NCBI GenBank assembly: GCA_965235115.1
Contig: OZ249436.1
Coordinates: 15,688,001-15,752,000, forward strand
Length of the DNA: 64,000 nucleotides
Direction: 5' to 3'
Source of the DNA: Laetmonice hystrix
Taxonomy: Eukaryota
Shown: positions 53,111 to 64,000 of the stretch, piece after piece
Layout: the number at the start of each line of letters is the position of its first letter
Position numbering within the stretch: the stretch's first letter is position 1
Position numbers and translations under genes: made by a program
Notes under the pieces: model-generated
Database searches by the model: none
What the model was told of the DNA's origin: nothing
Seen by the model: the letters and a program-made list of their open reading frames with translations, nothing else

Positions 53111-53692
53111 AGGGAAATGTGAGTGTTTAAAGCGCCACCTAATGAGTCGCGTTGGTACCACTGGGGAAATGTGAGTATTCAAAGCGCCGCGTAGTGAGCT
53201 TTAACAGAAAAATGTTTGGCTTATTTATGCAGTCAACTAGTTTGATGTGGAGATCAGTAATATTTTTTAAACCATGAACCAAACTGTGTGCCAGAACCTG
53301 TCAACTCCATTGAATGCTATAGTTAAGACCCGTGTTTTACCAAGGCACTGACTGTTTGGCAGGCTGTAACTTTTTCTTTTATTCGGCGACCCCTCAATTT
53401 TTTTGGTTTTAAACAATTAGTCCTGATCCACTTTATCTTGTGACCGAGTTTCAGGAAAAAATTTGTGGTCATTTTTTAACTATTAGTCAAAATGTCTGAA
53501 AAATCCTGTTTTTCCCATTGAAACCTACAGTAAAGACCCATTTTTTACGGAGGCCTGTATAAAAAAATCTAATTTGGTGACATATGATTTTTTTTGTTTC
53601 TTTGTACTCCTAGGGACAAAGGCTATCCCCCATAAAAATATTTTGAAAATTCTAGTGGTCAATCAAATTCCGTCGAACACTCACATTTCCCT
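53111..53692. mobile_element. TTAA-flanked Kolobok-like MITE with perfect 17-bp TIR
   Basis: TTAA|agggaaatgtgagtgtt ... aacactcacatttccct|TTAA; extra internal TIR copy at ~53164. Confidence 0.88.
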
Positions 53693-55286
53693 TTAAGGGC
53701 AAGTGCTAGTGTGAGGCCAAATTAAAAAAAAAATTGCAGATAAACAGAATATGTTCTCCTCTTTCAAAATTCAGCAAAAAAGTTTTTTGGTTAAGAGCTT
53801 TTGAAATTGGTATGTTCGTCATGTTAATAATGTTCAAAGGTATACGTCTTTCTTTCTTTTTTTGACCGCTTCTATTTGTCATAACACCGTTATGACAAAC
53901 AGAAGTGGTAAAATAAGTTTGACTTTGAACATTTTTGCTCATTTACACCACAGTAAAAATAGTCAATTTTTTTTACCACTTCTATTTCAAGTTGTCAGAA
54001 GTGGTTAAAAAAAGAAAAAAGTCTGCCTTTGAACATTTTCACTGTGGTGTAAATGAGTAAAAGCTTTCAAAAGCAAAAAACACTAACCCGGTGAGGTATA
54101 AGTATCGCTTCGCGTGTAGTATGGGAAATTATATCTGTTTCACGCCGATAGGGTTTAGGTGTTCATCGTTAAAGCACTCAGAGAGTATCTCTGGTTCAAA
54201 TGACTCCAAACTGCAGACATGGACTGTAAAGCTAAGGCCTTAGACTACATCAATAAATAGAAACCCACAGAAATGAGGAAGTTACCGTATTGCTTACTCA
54301 CTCCATCCATCCAGGTGCTCACTCCATCCAGGAAAACAATTTGTTAGTAGTCGTACTGTTACGAACCCATTGCCACTGCAGCAATTTCCCCAAACTTGGG
54401 TCAATGTCTGGTATTGCCGAGTTTTCCACAACTCGAGTCAGTTTATTCATCTATATTAATGAAACCAATCGATTGGCAAGACGGCACATGAGGCTGTGAC
54501 CTCCTTAATTAAAAAAATAGACAAATTGCGGTGAGTGACTCTGAGCTTCTCGTAAAGATTCGAAAATGCTTAAGAAATTTAGAATGGGTATACGATCTCG
54601 GTATCCACAAAATCTATGCCAGTTTGAATGGTCTGAATGGTAAGACTTGCGATTCGGATCCAACTCGTATTGTGACCTTGCCTCCGGCTTTCTATTACAA
54701 TGATTGCAGTACTTGACATGAGTTCCACTCGTGCCCATCAGCTTGCGATATGGCATGCAGTATACTCAATAATTCGTGTAGTTCGCCTTTGGCCTCCAGC
54801 GGCTTGGTTCAAAAGCACAAACGATGTTGGTTTTAATGAGGAGATGGTCCTGTGCTCGAAGCGTATGCTGTATTAATGGTGGGTGCTGCAATCAATCAGT
54901 CAGTCACAGCCAAGAGGGATTATACGGTCGTTTCAAGTAGATGTTTCCCATGGCTTCATAATCTTAACATGCATGGCATAGCCTATTAAATGGTGAACTT
55001 CCAATATAGTTTGTTCCATTTCTTCCCGTTGTCAAACTGTAAGAACCCCCCCCCCCCCCCCCGGATGATCTCTCATTTTTATCACCTTTTATAGATACAA
55101 TTTTATATATCTTTCTAACGTGACATTCCACCTTTTCTCTCTCTATCTTAGAAATACTGTTGTGAACAGCACGTCTGTTATTCAGAGACCCTGTTTTCAT
55201 GTTCAACTAAATTGCGTCCGTTCTTTTCGTTTTCTTAATGCCGTGTCAAATATCATATTAAGATTCCCCCTCGCTTTACAGCTGAC

Positions 55287-55374
55287 GCCCACTCACTATC
55301 AAACGTTACATTAAGGCCCACTCACTATCAAACGTTACATTGAGGCCCACTCACTATCAAACGTTACACTGAGG
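55287..55374. repeat. 29-bp unit in three tandem copies
   Basis: gcccactcactatcaaacgttaca recurs three times. Confidence 0.9.
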
Positions 55375-55417
55375 ATGTATTATAACGAGTTCATTTCGGG
55401 TGTCAGTCCGGGACCTT

Positions 55418-57545
55418 CAGTAAGTAGTATACCAGGCCTACATAAATGAGTGTTGAGGTCAGTGTCCTCGCCTCAGTAAGTAGTATACCAGGCCTACATA
55501 AATGAGTGTTGAGGTCAGTGTCCTCGCCTCAGTAAGTAGTATACCAGGCCTACATAAATGAGTGTTGAGGTCAGTGTCCTCGCCTCAGTAAGTAGTATAC
55601 CAGGCCTACATAAATGAGTGTTGAGGTCAGTGTCCTCGCCTCAGTAAGTAGTATACCAGGCCTACATAAATGAGTGTTGAGGTCAGTGTCCTCGCCTCAG
55701 TAAGTAGTATACCAGGCCTACATAAATGAGTGTTGAGGTCAGTGTCCTCGCCCCAGTAAGTAGTATACCAGGCCTACATAAATGAGTGTTGAGGTCAGTG
55801 TCCTCGCCCCAGTAAGTAGTATACCAGGCCTACATAAATGAGTGTTGAGGTCAGTGTCCTCGCCTCAGTAAGTAGTATACCAGGCCTACATAAATGAGTG
55901 TTGAGGTCAGTGTCCTCGCCCCAGTAAGTAGTATACCAGGCCTACATAAATGAGTGTTGAGGTCAGTGTCCTCGCCCCAGTAAGTAGTATACCAGGCCTA
56001 CATAAATGAGTGTTGAGGTCAGTGTCCTCGCCCCAGTAAGTAGTATACCAGGCCTACATAAATGAGTGTTGAGGTCAGTGTCCTCGCCCCAGTAAGTAGT
56101 ATACCAGGCCTACATAAATGAGTGTTGAGGTCAGTGTCCTCGCCCCAGTAAGTAGTATACCAGGCCTACATAAATGAGTGTTGAGGTCAGTGTCCTCGCC
56201 CCAGTAAGTAGTATACCAGGCCTACATAAATGAGTGTTGAGGTCAGTGTCCTCGCCTCAGTAAGTAGTATACCAGGCCTACATAAATGAGTGTTGAGGTC
56301 AGTGTCCTCGCCCCAGTAAGTAGTATACCAGGCCTACATAAATGAGTGTTGAGGTCAGTGTCCTCGCCCCAGTAAGTAGTATACCAGGCCTACATAAATG
56401 AGTGTTGAGGTCAGTGTCCTCGCCCCAGTAAGTAGTATACCAGGCCTACATAAATGAGTGTTGAGGTCAGTGTCCTCGCCTCAGTAAGTAGTATACCAGG
56501 CCTACATAAATGAGTGTTGAGGTCAGTGTCCTCGCCTCAGTAAGTAGTATACCAGGCCTACATAAATGAGTGTTGAGGTCAGTGTCCTCGCCCCAGTAAG
56601 TAGTATACCAGGCCTACATAAATGAGTGTTGAGGTCAGTGTCCTCGCCCCAGTAAGTAGTATACCAGGCCTACATAAATGAGTGTTGAGGTCAGTGTCCT
56701 CGCCCCAGTAAGTAGTATACCAGGCCTACATAAATGAGTGTTGAGGTCAGTGTCCTCGCCTCAGTAAGTAGTATACCAGGCCTACATAAATGAGTGTTGA
56801 GGTCAGTGTCCTCGCCCCAGTAAGTAGTATACCAGGCCTACATAAATGAGTGTTGAGGTCAGTGTCCTCGCCCCAGTAAGTAGTATACCAGGCCTACATA
56901 AATGAGTGTTGAGGTCAGTGTCCTCGCCCCAGTAAGTAGTATACCAGGCCTACATAAATGAGTGTTGAGGTCAGTGTCCTCGCCTCAGTAAGTAGTATAC
57001 CAGGCCTACATAAATGAGTGTTGAGGTCAGTGTCCTCGCCTCAGTAAGTAGTATACCAGGCCTACATAAATGAGTGTTGAGGTCAGTGTCCTCGCCCCAG
57101 TAAGTAGTATACCAGGCCTACATAAATGAGTGTTGAGGTCAGTGTCCTCGCCTCAGTAAGTAGTATACTAGGCCTACATAAATGAGTGTTGAGGTTAGTG
57201 TCCTCGCCTCAGGAAGTAGTATACCAGGCCTACATAAATGTGTGTTGAGGTCAGTGTCCTCGCCTCAGTAAGTAGTATACTAGGCCTACATAAATGAGTG
57301 TTGAGGTCAGTGTCCTCGCCTCAGTAAGTAGTATACCAGGCCTACATAAATGAGTGTTGAGGTCAGTGTCCTCGCCTCAGTAAGTAGTATACCAGGCCTA
57401 CATAAATGAGTGTTGAGGTCAGTGTCCTCGCCTCAGTAAGTAGTATACTAGGCCTACATAAATGAGTGTTGAGGTTAGTGTCCTCGCCTCAGGAAGTAGT
57501 ATACCAGGCCTACATAAATGTGTGTTGAGGTCAGTGTCCTCGCCT
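55418..57545. repeat. 56-bp tandem array, ~38 near-identical units
   Basis: cagtaagtagtataccaggcctacataaatgagtgttgaggtcagtgtcctcgcc(t/c) repeated head-to-tail without spacers. Confidence 0.99.
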
Positions 57546-58344
57546 TACCGCTGCCAGCCACTCATTATGAAACCTTAGATTGAGGACGTATTATGATAGG
57601 TTTAATCTGGGTGGCACGTGCCTGTTTGGATGCCCGCCCACGTCCTTGTCGTTAAACTAAGTACTTGAACCTGGTGAATGGCCTCTCTCAATCAAGAACA
57701 TTCAGAAACGAGTGCTGGGGTCAATAATATATTACGTTATGCCTGGCCTCTGTAGCAGTCAGGGATCTTCAGTAAGTAGGGCCTATTATTCAAAAAAATG
57801 AGTGCTGAGGTTTCGTTGAGTGACGATGATTAATGCCACTAACGGCCACATGGGGCGTGGCAGAGTGAGACCAGTCACCGTAAATGTGTATTTGAATTGA
57901 AGCTGTGCTGTCAGACTGTCCAAGTTGCACTTTCTTTCGACTGTGGAATCGCCCAAGTGAAAGTAGCAGGCGAAGTGTTGACATTACCACTGAGAGCAGC
58001 GATCCACAGGGCGCCGTGGTCAGGTAGAGGGTAGGGAGATTGGAGGTGGCCGCAGGCTGGTTGCATGGGTCACTGTGCTCGGATATACTGCGATCACCTT
58101 CCCTTCAAATAAGTCCACAGCACCTGGTCACATCTTTTGATATTTACATTCTGGGAGAGTGTGACACGGGGTGTCAGTCATTCTGACCTGGCCTCAGGGG
58201 ATCTGTAACCGATCAGCATGGACTCCTCATATCTGTGGATCCATGTGGAAAATTCTGATTGGGTGCGCGAAACGGGGAACTGCGACTGTACGCCTCCTTC
58301 AAACATAGAGGATCAACAGGGTCGTTTAAAAGCTAAGGCTGTTG

Positions 58345-58570
58345 GGTGACAGGACAACCACCCCCTGGATATCGACCCCCCCCCCCCTTCCCCTTAATCC
58401 CCCGGACAGCCACTCCGGACATCACTCCCTAGGACATTCACTCTATACATGGACATCCACCGATCCTCACACCGTCCCCGACAGCCACCCCCGGACTTTT
58501 ACCCCTTAGGACATTGGCCCCCAGGACATTCAACCATAGTGAGGGACTGTCCTTGGGGGTAAATGTCATA
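58345..58570. mobile_element. Degenerate MITE built of ggaca..acccc repeats
   Basis: Repeated ggacanynaccccc motifs at left; gggggtaaatgtc at right. Confidence 0.45.
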
Positions 58571-61474
58571 TGAGATCCCCGCCCATTTCGTCGGATGTGC
58601 ACGACCTTTATAAAGTGTGTATCATTTCGTCGGATGTGCACGACCTTTATAAAGTGAGTGTACATATCCAGCTGAAGACGCCGAATCAACATGTCCCCAG
58701 GCCCAGCCTCCTACTCCTCATTCACCGTATCGCCCACAGCTGCACTCACCTCTCGTCGCCTGTTCATTACATCATAACGTACCGCTGCAGTGTTTTGTCT
58801 ATCCGATCTCCGCCAGGTGGCGTGTCATGCGACCCTGTGACGAGCGACATCGTGCGGCATATTGTGGAATGTCAATACATTTTAGGGCGAGTTTCGAGGT
58901 TTGCATTTTCTAGGTATAGAGTCTGGTTCCTTTGCGCGGATTACGAAGAAAGTAGCTTGATGGGAAATAGGCTTAACATGTAGGCCTATCTTTTGACCAT
59001 TGGCATTGCTTTCAGCTACGGCACGAAATATAGGACTACATGTTCATTTTTCCTAATGAAGTGCTCAATTTAAGCATACTTATCCTTCATTAGCTGTGTC
59101 CTAACTCTTGACATTTTGTCAATCTAATGACTACTCTTGCACGTGGCAGGCAGTGAGTATTAGGTAAGATGATCGGTTCATGTAAGGTCAGCGGTGGCTC
59201 CGCCTGGCGATCCACACCGTCGGTCCGGCACTGGCAGCCTGCTGTCATCTTGACCAATCACTGCCAGGGTCTGAGCTGGGTTGTCGGTAAAACTACGCTG
59301 TCATCTGACTGACCCGTGCCCACGACGTAACGTCACACCGCTCCGACTATCGGACTGGTGTTTATCAGACTGAACGTATACAAATCGACCTGTGCAGCTG
59401 ATAATAACCGATTTGTTCCATGAGCCATCTAAGTGAAAATGTCTGCCACTGACACAGATTGTCCGAGAAATATTGAGACTGTTTCCTGGCACATATTGAT
59501 AATGCGGATATTGATCGCAAGAAGCCGAGAGACTTCACGGGTGGGGTTTGAGCAGGGAGAGTGGGCGGCCAAAAATGCGATTTATAGCGTTGTAGGTTCT
59601 CTCGGCTGAATTATTACTATGAGCTTATTCTTTTCCGTCTAGAAAAGTTAGGAAAGCCATAATCGTTGCAAATCCGCTCCTGCTCGTCCAGGGCCTCGCA
59701 CATCCATTTTCATGGAATCGGGTTGTTGAGTCGATGAAAGGGGTTCAATTTACAGAAAGGTAGATTTCACAAGCACATTTCGTAAAGTAACAAAGAAACC
59801 ACAGGTTACCTATTGGAGTTATTGTAAAATCTCATTATACCCCTTTCAAATACATCGTTAAAGTATATAGATCTATATCGAGATGTCATAACGTCTTTTT
59901 ATGGCGTCATAAAGATTTCATTTTTGTACCAGTTGGTACAGTAGGCCTACCAGGAGAAGCTAATAGTAAGATCATTCATGCCATGGCCCTTATAGAGGGC
60001 TATAATTTTTCACATTCATTTGACCTCTGATTCTTGTCCTTAGCCAAAGCTGGCTCAAGGGTCAAAATATGATAAATTCGTTAATCCTCTGCTAAATTTT
60101 GAAGTATTGCAGGGGGGATCTCTATAGAAGAAGTCAGTAACGCCGTTTTAAAGCGATCTGACATATTTTCACTGAGTCACATGCATGACCGCAAAGTTGT
60201 TCAATTTCCCATTTCCCAGTAAGGAGGGTGTACCTTTGCTATTTTTCCGAATATCTGAAAGAACCTTAGTAAATACATTCGCCTAATTGACATGTTTAAC
60301 AAGCTGTGGCAAGGATTACGTCAGGTTACGTAATTGAATATTTTATGGAGTTTTCAACACCTCAGAATAACGATGACATGTTTACGAATGGAAAGGGAAT
60401 CTGTAGACTGTATAAGTGTATTGGTTAACATGCCAAACCCATAACGGGAAGGACAAATGCGAATGTGTGCAGACATTTTTTTTTCAGATCAGTAATTCTA
60501 TCAAAGTTCATTTCATATAAAACAGAGGATATTTTATGGTTTAACTACTGACGTAATTTAAAAACGTCATGATGATGTCAAACACTCTGTATGCTGTCAC
60601 AGCAAGGTGAGTCGACCAGGGTGTACTGATAATGAATCATGTAGTCAGCGATCCTGATGCCAGGTGGAACACTGCTGGGATAGACTCGTGTAATTAAACC
60701 TAATTAAACCTGGGGAAATGGGATTCGGGGTTGCCCAGCAACACCTTGCCACTAGTTTTTATTTCTAGTTTTACTCGCTTTAGATATAATGTGATTGTTC
60801 TATCTACGTCGGGAAATTCAACGCGGGTAAAATTTAAATTATTCATTAGGATTAGGCCCCTACACAACATGTATAAGCTGATTTCATTTCTGGGCGTTAC
60901 ACTTTAACTAAGCACATACAAACTGATACCGGGTATAATCTGATCAGGCCTTAATGGACTCTTGCAATACGAAAGAAGTTTAAATCTGTTGTGTTTAATT
61001 AATCAGAAACAAAGGATGTCCATGCACACCCACCCATACAGACAGGTAGCCAGTTACGTATTTGCGTGGGAGCTATACCTTCTTGCCATGGTTTCATAAC
61101 ATCTCTTGCGTACGAGTGGGCCTATATTCACCATTGATTGAGTTGGCGTTTAAACTGGTCATCTGCCGCACTCTTTGATACCTCGTTACGTATGGCCTAT
61201 TAATAGAGATGGTCGGTTCATCTTCACAATAACAAACAAAGAACGGACCACAGTAAGAAGGCGTATGGCCTCTCTATACGCCTACCTCTGGGGGTGTACG
61301 ATTAACTTGTTGGTTCAAACTCCTGCCCCCAATAATGATAATTATGTTTACACTTATGTATTGATTATACAAGCCAGGATAACTGCATCAGTTCCCCAAG
61401 GTCTGCAAAGAATAGATTGTACCTGTTTCTGGACATTAAGGCACCTCGGGCGTCATATTGGGTTCTGTAGAACG

Positions 61475-61573
61475 TTATCTGAGACAGGAGTACACTATAT
61501 AGAGATATGATTGCAGATCACCGATCTTATCTGAGACAGGAGTACACTATATAGAGATATGATTGCAGATCAC
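61475..61573. repeat. 52-bp tandem duplication
   Basis: ttatctgagacaggagtacactatatagagatatgattgcagatcac twice. Confidence 0.9.
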
Positions 61574-61919
61574 GGATGGGAGAATATCGCCTCTGGGTGA
61601 CGCAAGTGTCGTCTAGAACAGAGAGGAGAGAATGTACACCGGTAAATGGACAGAAAGTGCTCGGGTTTCTCCATTATTGGGACACATGTTGAAGAGTTTC
61701 ACCCAAATGTATTGTCTCGGTCTATCCTGACAACTATAGCAGAAGACTAAGACTAGGCCGTGTAATTTGACACCGGCAACCATCATAAGCCAATTCGCAA
61801 ACCATGAATCAGAATAAGGGGGCATTCATACCGAAAGCCAGAGGCGCGAGCGGCGCCTCAGTTTTGAAAGAAACACGCTAAAATTGCTAGGACCTTTCCG
61901 ACCGACCGCATGGTTTTAG

Positions 61920-62188
61920 GGTGGTTTGGGTGGGTGTTTGGGGGTTTACGCCTTGCAACAGCCAGGGTCATATCACGGCGGTGAAGATGATGGTGAAAGT
62001 CAGTTTTTTTTTGGTGGAGGAAACCGGAGTACCCGGAGGAAACCACCGGCATTCGGGAAGGAACTGACTGACAAACCTTTCACACACGCAGCCCAGGCCG
62101 GGGATCGAACCCGGATCGCAGTGGTCTGAGGCGATGGCCCGAGGTGTCATGAGCAAACACCTTAAATCACTCGGCCACCCAAGGCCCC
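61920..62188 (-). mobile_element. tRNA-derived SINE with V/Meta-type conserved core
   Basis: On the minus strand: A box tggccgagtga, B box ggttcgatccc, core ggtttcctccgggtactccggtttcctcc, tail cgccgtgatatgaccctggctgttg..ggcgtaaac plus cacc/caaa-type repeats. Confidence 0.85.
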
Positions 62189-62698
62189 GGAACATGGTTT
62201 TAAAAATTCGCGAGTGACGCGCGACAATTCCTCAAACAACCAATCAGAAACTAGGTCAGCGACCCTGACATGTGTGCAAGTGAAATTTGTTGAGTCATAA
62301 TAAAAATAAAAGTCAAAAAGTTCCGCATGGAATGGATATGTCATACTGAAGTATAATTGTAAAACACCTATCCACTAAAGAAATGAACCATCCAGTCCTG
62401 ATAATTTCTGTAACCTCATCGTGACTCCAGCACCCGATTTCCCCAAATAGAGCGATGCACAAGTGAATATCTCAAAATGTATCACGATGACCCTTTTCCT
62501 TGCATCTACCAATACCCTGCATAAAAATAGATTGGCAACAGATGAAAAATGGGAGACTAAACGTAACTGAGAACGACACTAGTGATCTCCGTCAACACCA
62601 GTAGCCAACGAGAAGAGATTGTATACATGACAGTACACCTCTAAATGGACGAGGAGGAACTGACAGGAGGGGGAGAAGTTATGAAACAGTGTAGTTAA

Positions 62699-63227
62699 AG
62701 GGGCATGCTATGGAACACGTTTTTGAGGATTTCCGGCAATTATCCAACATGACCATGTACTAGGGATCTAAGTAAATAATCCCACCACAGCATTTTGTCC
62801 TCCGACGTGTTTTCGCTGCGTATGCAGCACAAGTAGGTTCTATACGACCAAACCTATAGATTTCTCCCGATAGCACATCTCCCGCCATAATTTGGTAGAC
62901 AACCTACCATCAACCCGTGTAGTTGCATACTGCGTCACATCCTGCGTGTGCACTCTCTGCATGTGCTTGTTCACGTGCTTCCTTTAGTTGTCAACAATTC
63001 ATCAGTTGCACTCGATCGCCCGGCATCAGAATGCCACCCAAAAAAATATTTTACGAAATCGGCAGAGAACCGGGCAAGGGAACTTCATAAACTTCGATTT
63101 CCCACGCAAAATGAAACTGATAAGTCTGTCGTTGTTTACCAAGCAATTTTAATGAAGGATCTCTTTATGAAAACAGCAAAAGTTCTTTAAAATACAGATT
63201 TTTCACATTTCCTCATAATATGCCCCT
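62699..63227 (+). mobile_element. TTAA-flanked Kolobok-like MITE, complete ends
   Basis: TTAA|aggggcat ... atgcccct|TTAA; paralogue at 51896. Confidence 0.85.
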
Positions 63228-63779
63228 TTAAGGCTTTCGTTAATGTTACTGACCCCTTGTATGCAACTATTTAATATAATTTAAACATTCTGCTTATGGT
63301 ATATAAATTACTGGTACATCCATGACAAATCATATCAATTTAGTTAGAACATTAATTGAAGTATAATGTTAAACATGACACTGGGGTCAGTTCTGTTCAC
63401 TCTGGGACCTGCTCAGGTCATGGAGGACATTCTCGCTCACAGTGTACGTGTCCAGTCTGAGTGCTTGCATGACGTATCGTAACCGATGCTCGCGCCACGC
63501 GCGCCGAACGCGCCGCGCGGGTTTGGTGTGAATGCCTCTTTAAACTACAATCTGTTGTTTGTAGTTGGAGCATAACACCGGCAAACACTTTTGGCTGGGA
63601 CATATATCCCTTGCAATATGCTCTATACGTGTTGATTCGACTCACCAAAATATATAGTTAATCTCGAATAGTAGACGATAGGTGGCACTGCCTTCTACTT
63701 GACGCGCTCCACCACGTGGTGAGATAAGCAGAGATAGATCAATAGATAAAGGTGCAGTATACTACGGTCCACCTGCGGG

Positions 63780-63870
63780 CAATTCCGTTTGGTACCGTAC
63801 TCCTCCGGTATAATTCCGTTTGGTACCGTACTCGTCAATCCTCCAGTATAATTCCGTTTCGTACCGTAAT
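63780..63870. repeat. Three spaced copies of aattccgttt(g/c)gtaccgta (probable MITE arm)
   Basis: Direct reading at ~63781, 63812 and 63850. Confidence 0.6.
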
Positions 63871-64000
63871 CTTCAATCCTCCGATATTGCTCCAATTCCC
63901 AGTTGAAATTTCCAATAAATGCCCACTTCATGAGAGGGTCCTGACTATACTCGTCTCCTGCAGTAAAACTGTATGAAACTATCAATCGAATGGTCTAACT

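Noticed and set aside
55418..57545. CRISPR array
   Set aside because: Units are contiguous and near-identical with no unique spacers; no cas genes; eukaryotic context.

Overview
Repeat-rich genomic DNA from an animal, most likely an invertebrate (inference); nothing indicates a prokaryote. Two protein-coding segments are supportable: the large terminal exon of a class A (rhodopsin-like) peptide-type GPCR (31109-31856, +) and a 331-aa ORF for an unrecognised single-pass membrane protein (49663-50658, -), arranged convergently. Most other recognisable sequence is non-autonomous mobile elements and tandem arrays. These include a Helentron/HINE-like element carrying a 146-bp array, TGT..ACA Ginger-like elements with 5-bp TSDs, TTAA-flanked Kolobok-like MITEs, a 5.3-kb self-nested PIF/Harbinger-like fold-back region, hAT-like MITEs, two tRNA-derived SINEs, and 100-, 42-, 33/36- and 56-bp arrays. 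Superfamily labels rest on termini and TSD rules only. The most unusual signal is a strong excess of the palindrome TAGGCCTA. Two internal paralogue comparisons show it as a 6-bp gain at a TA (TA -> TAGGCCTA), suggesting a recurrent transposon-footprint or micro-insertion process. No CRISPR array, rRNA or intact transposase was found.
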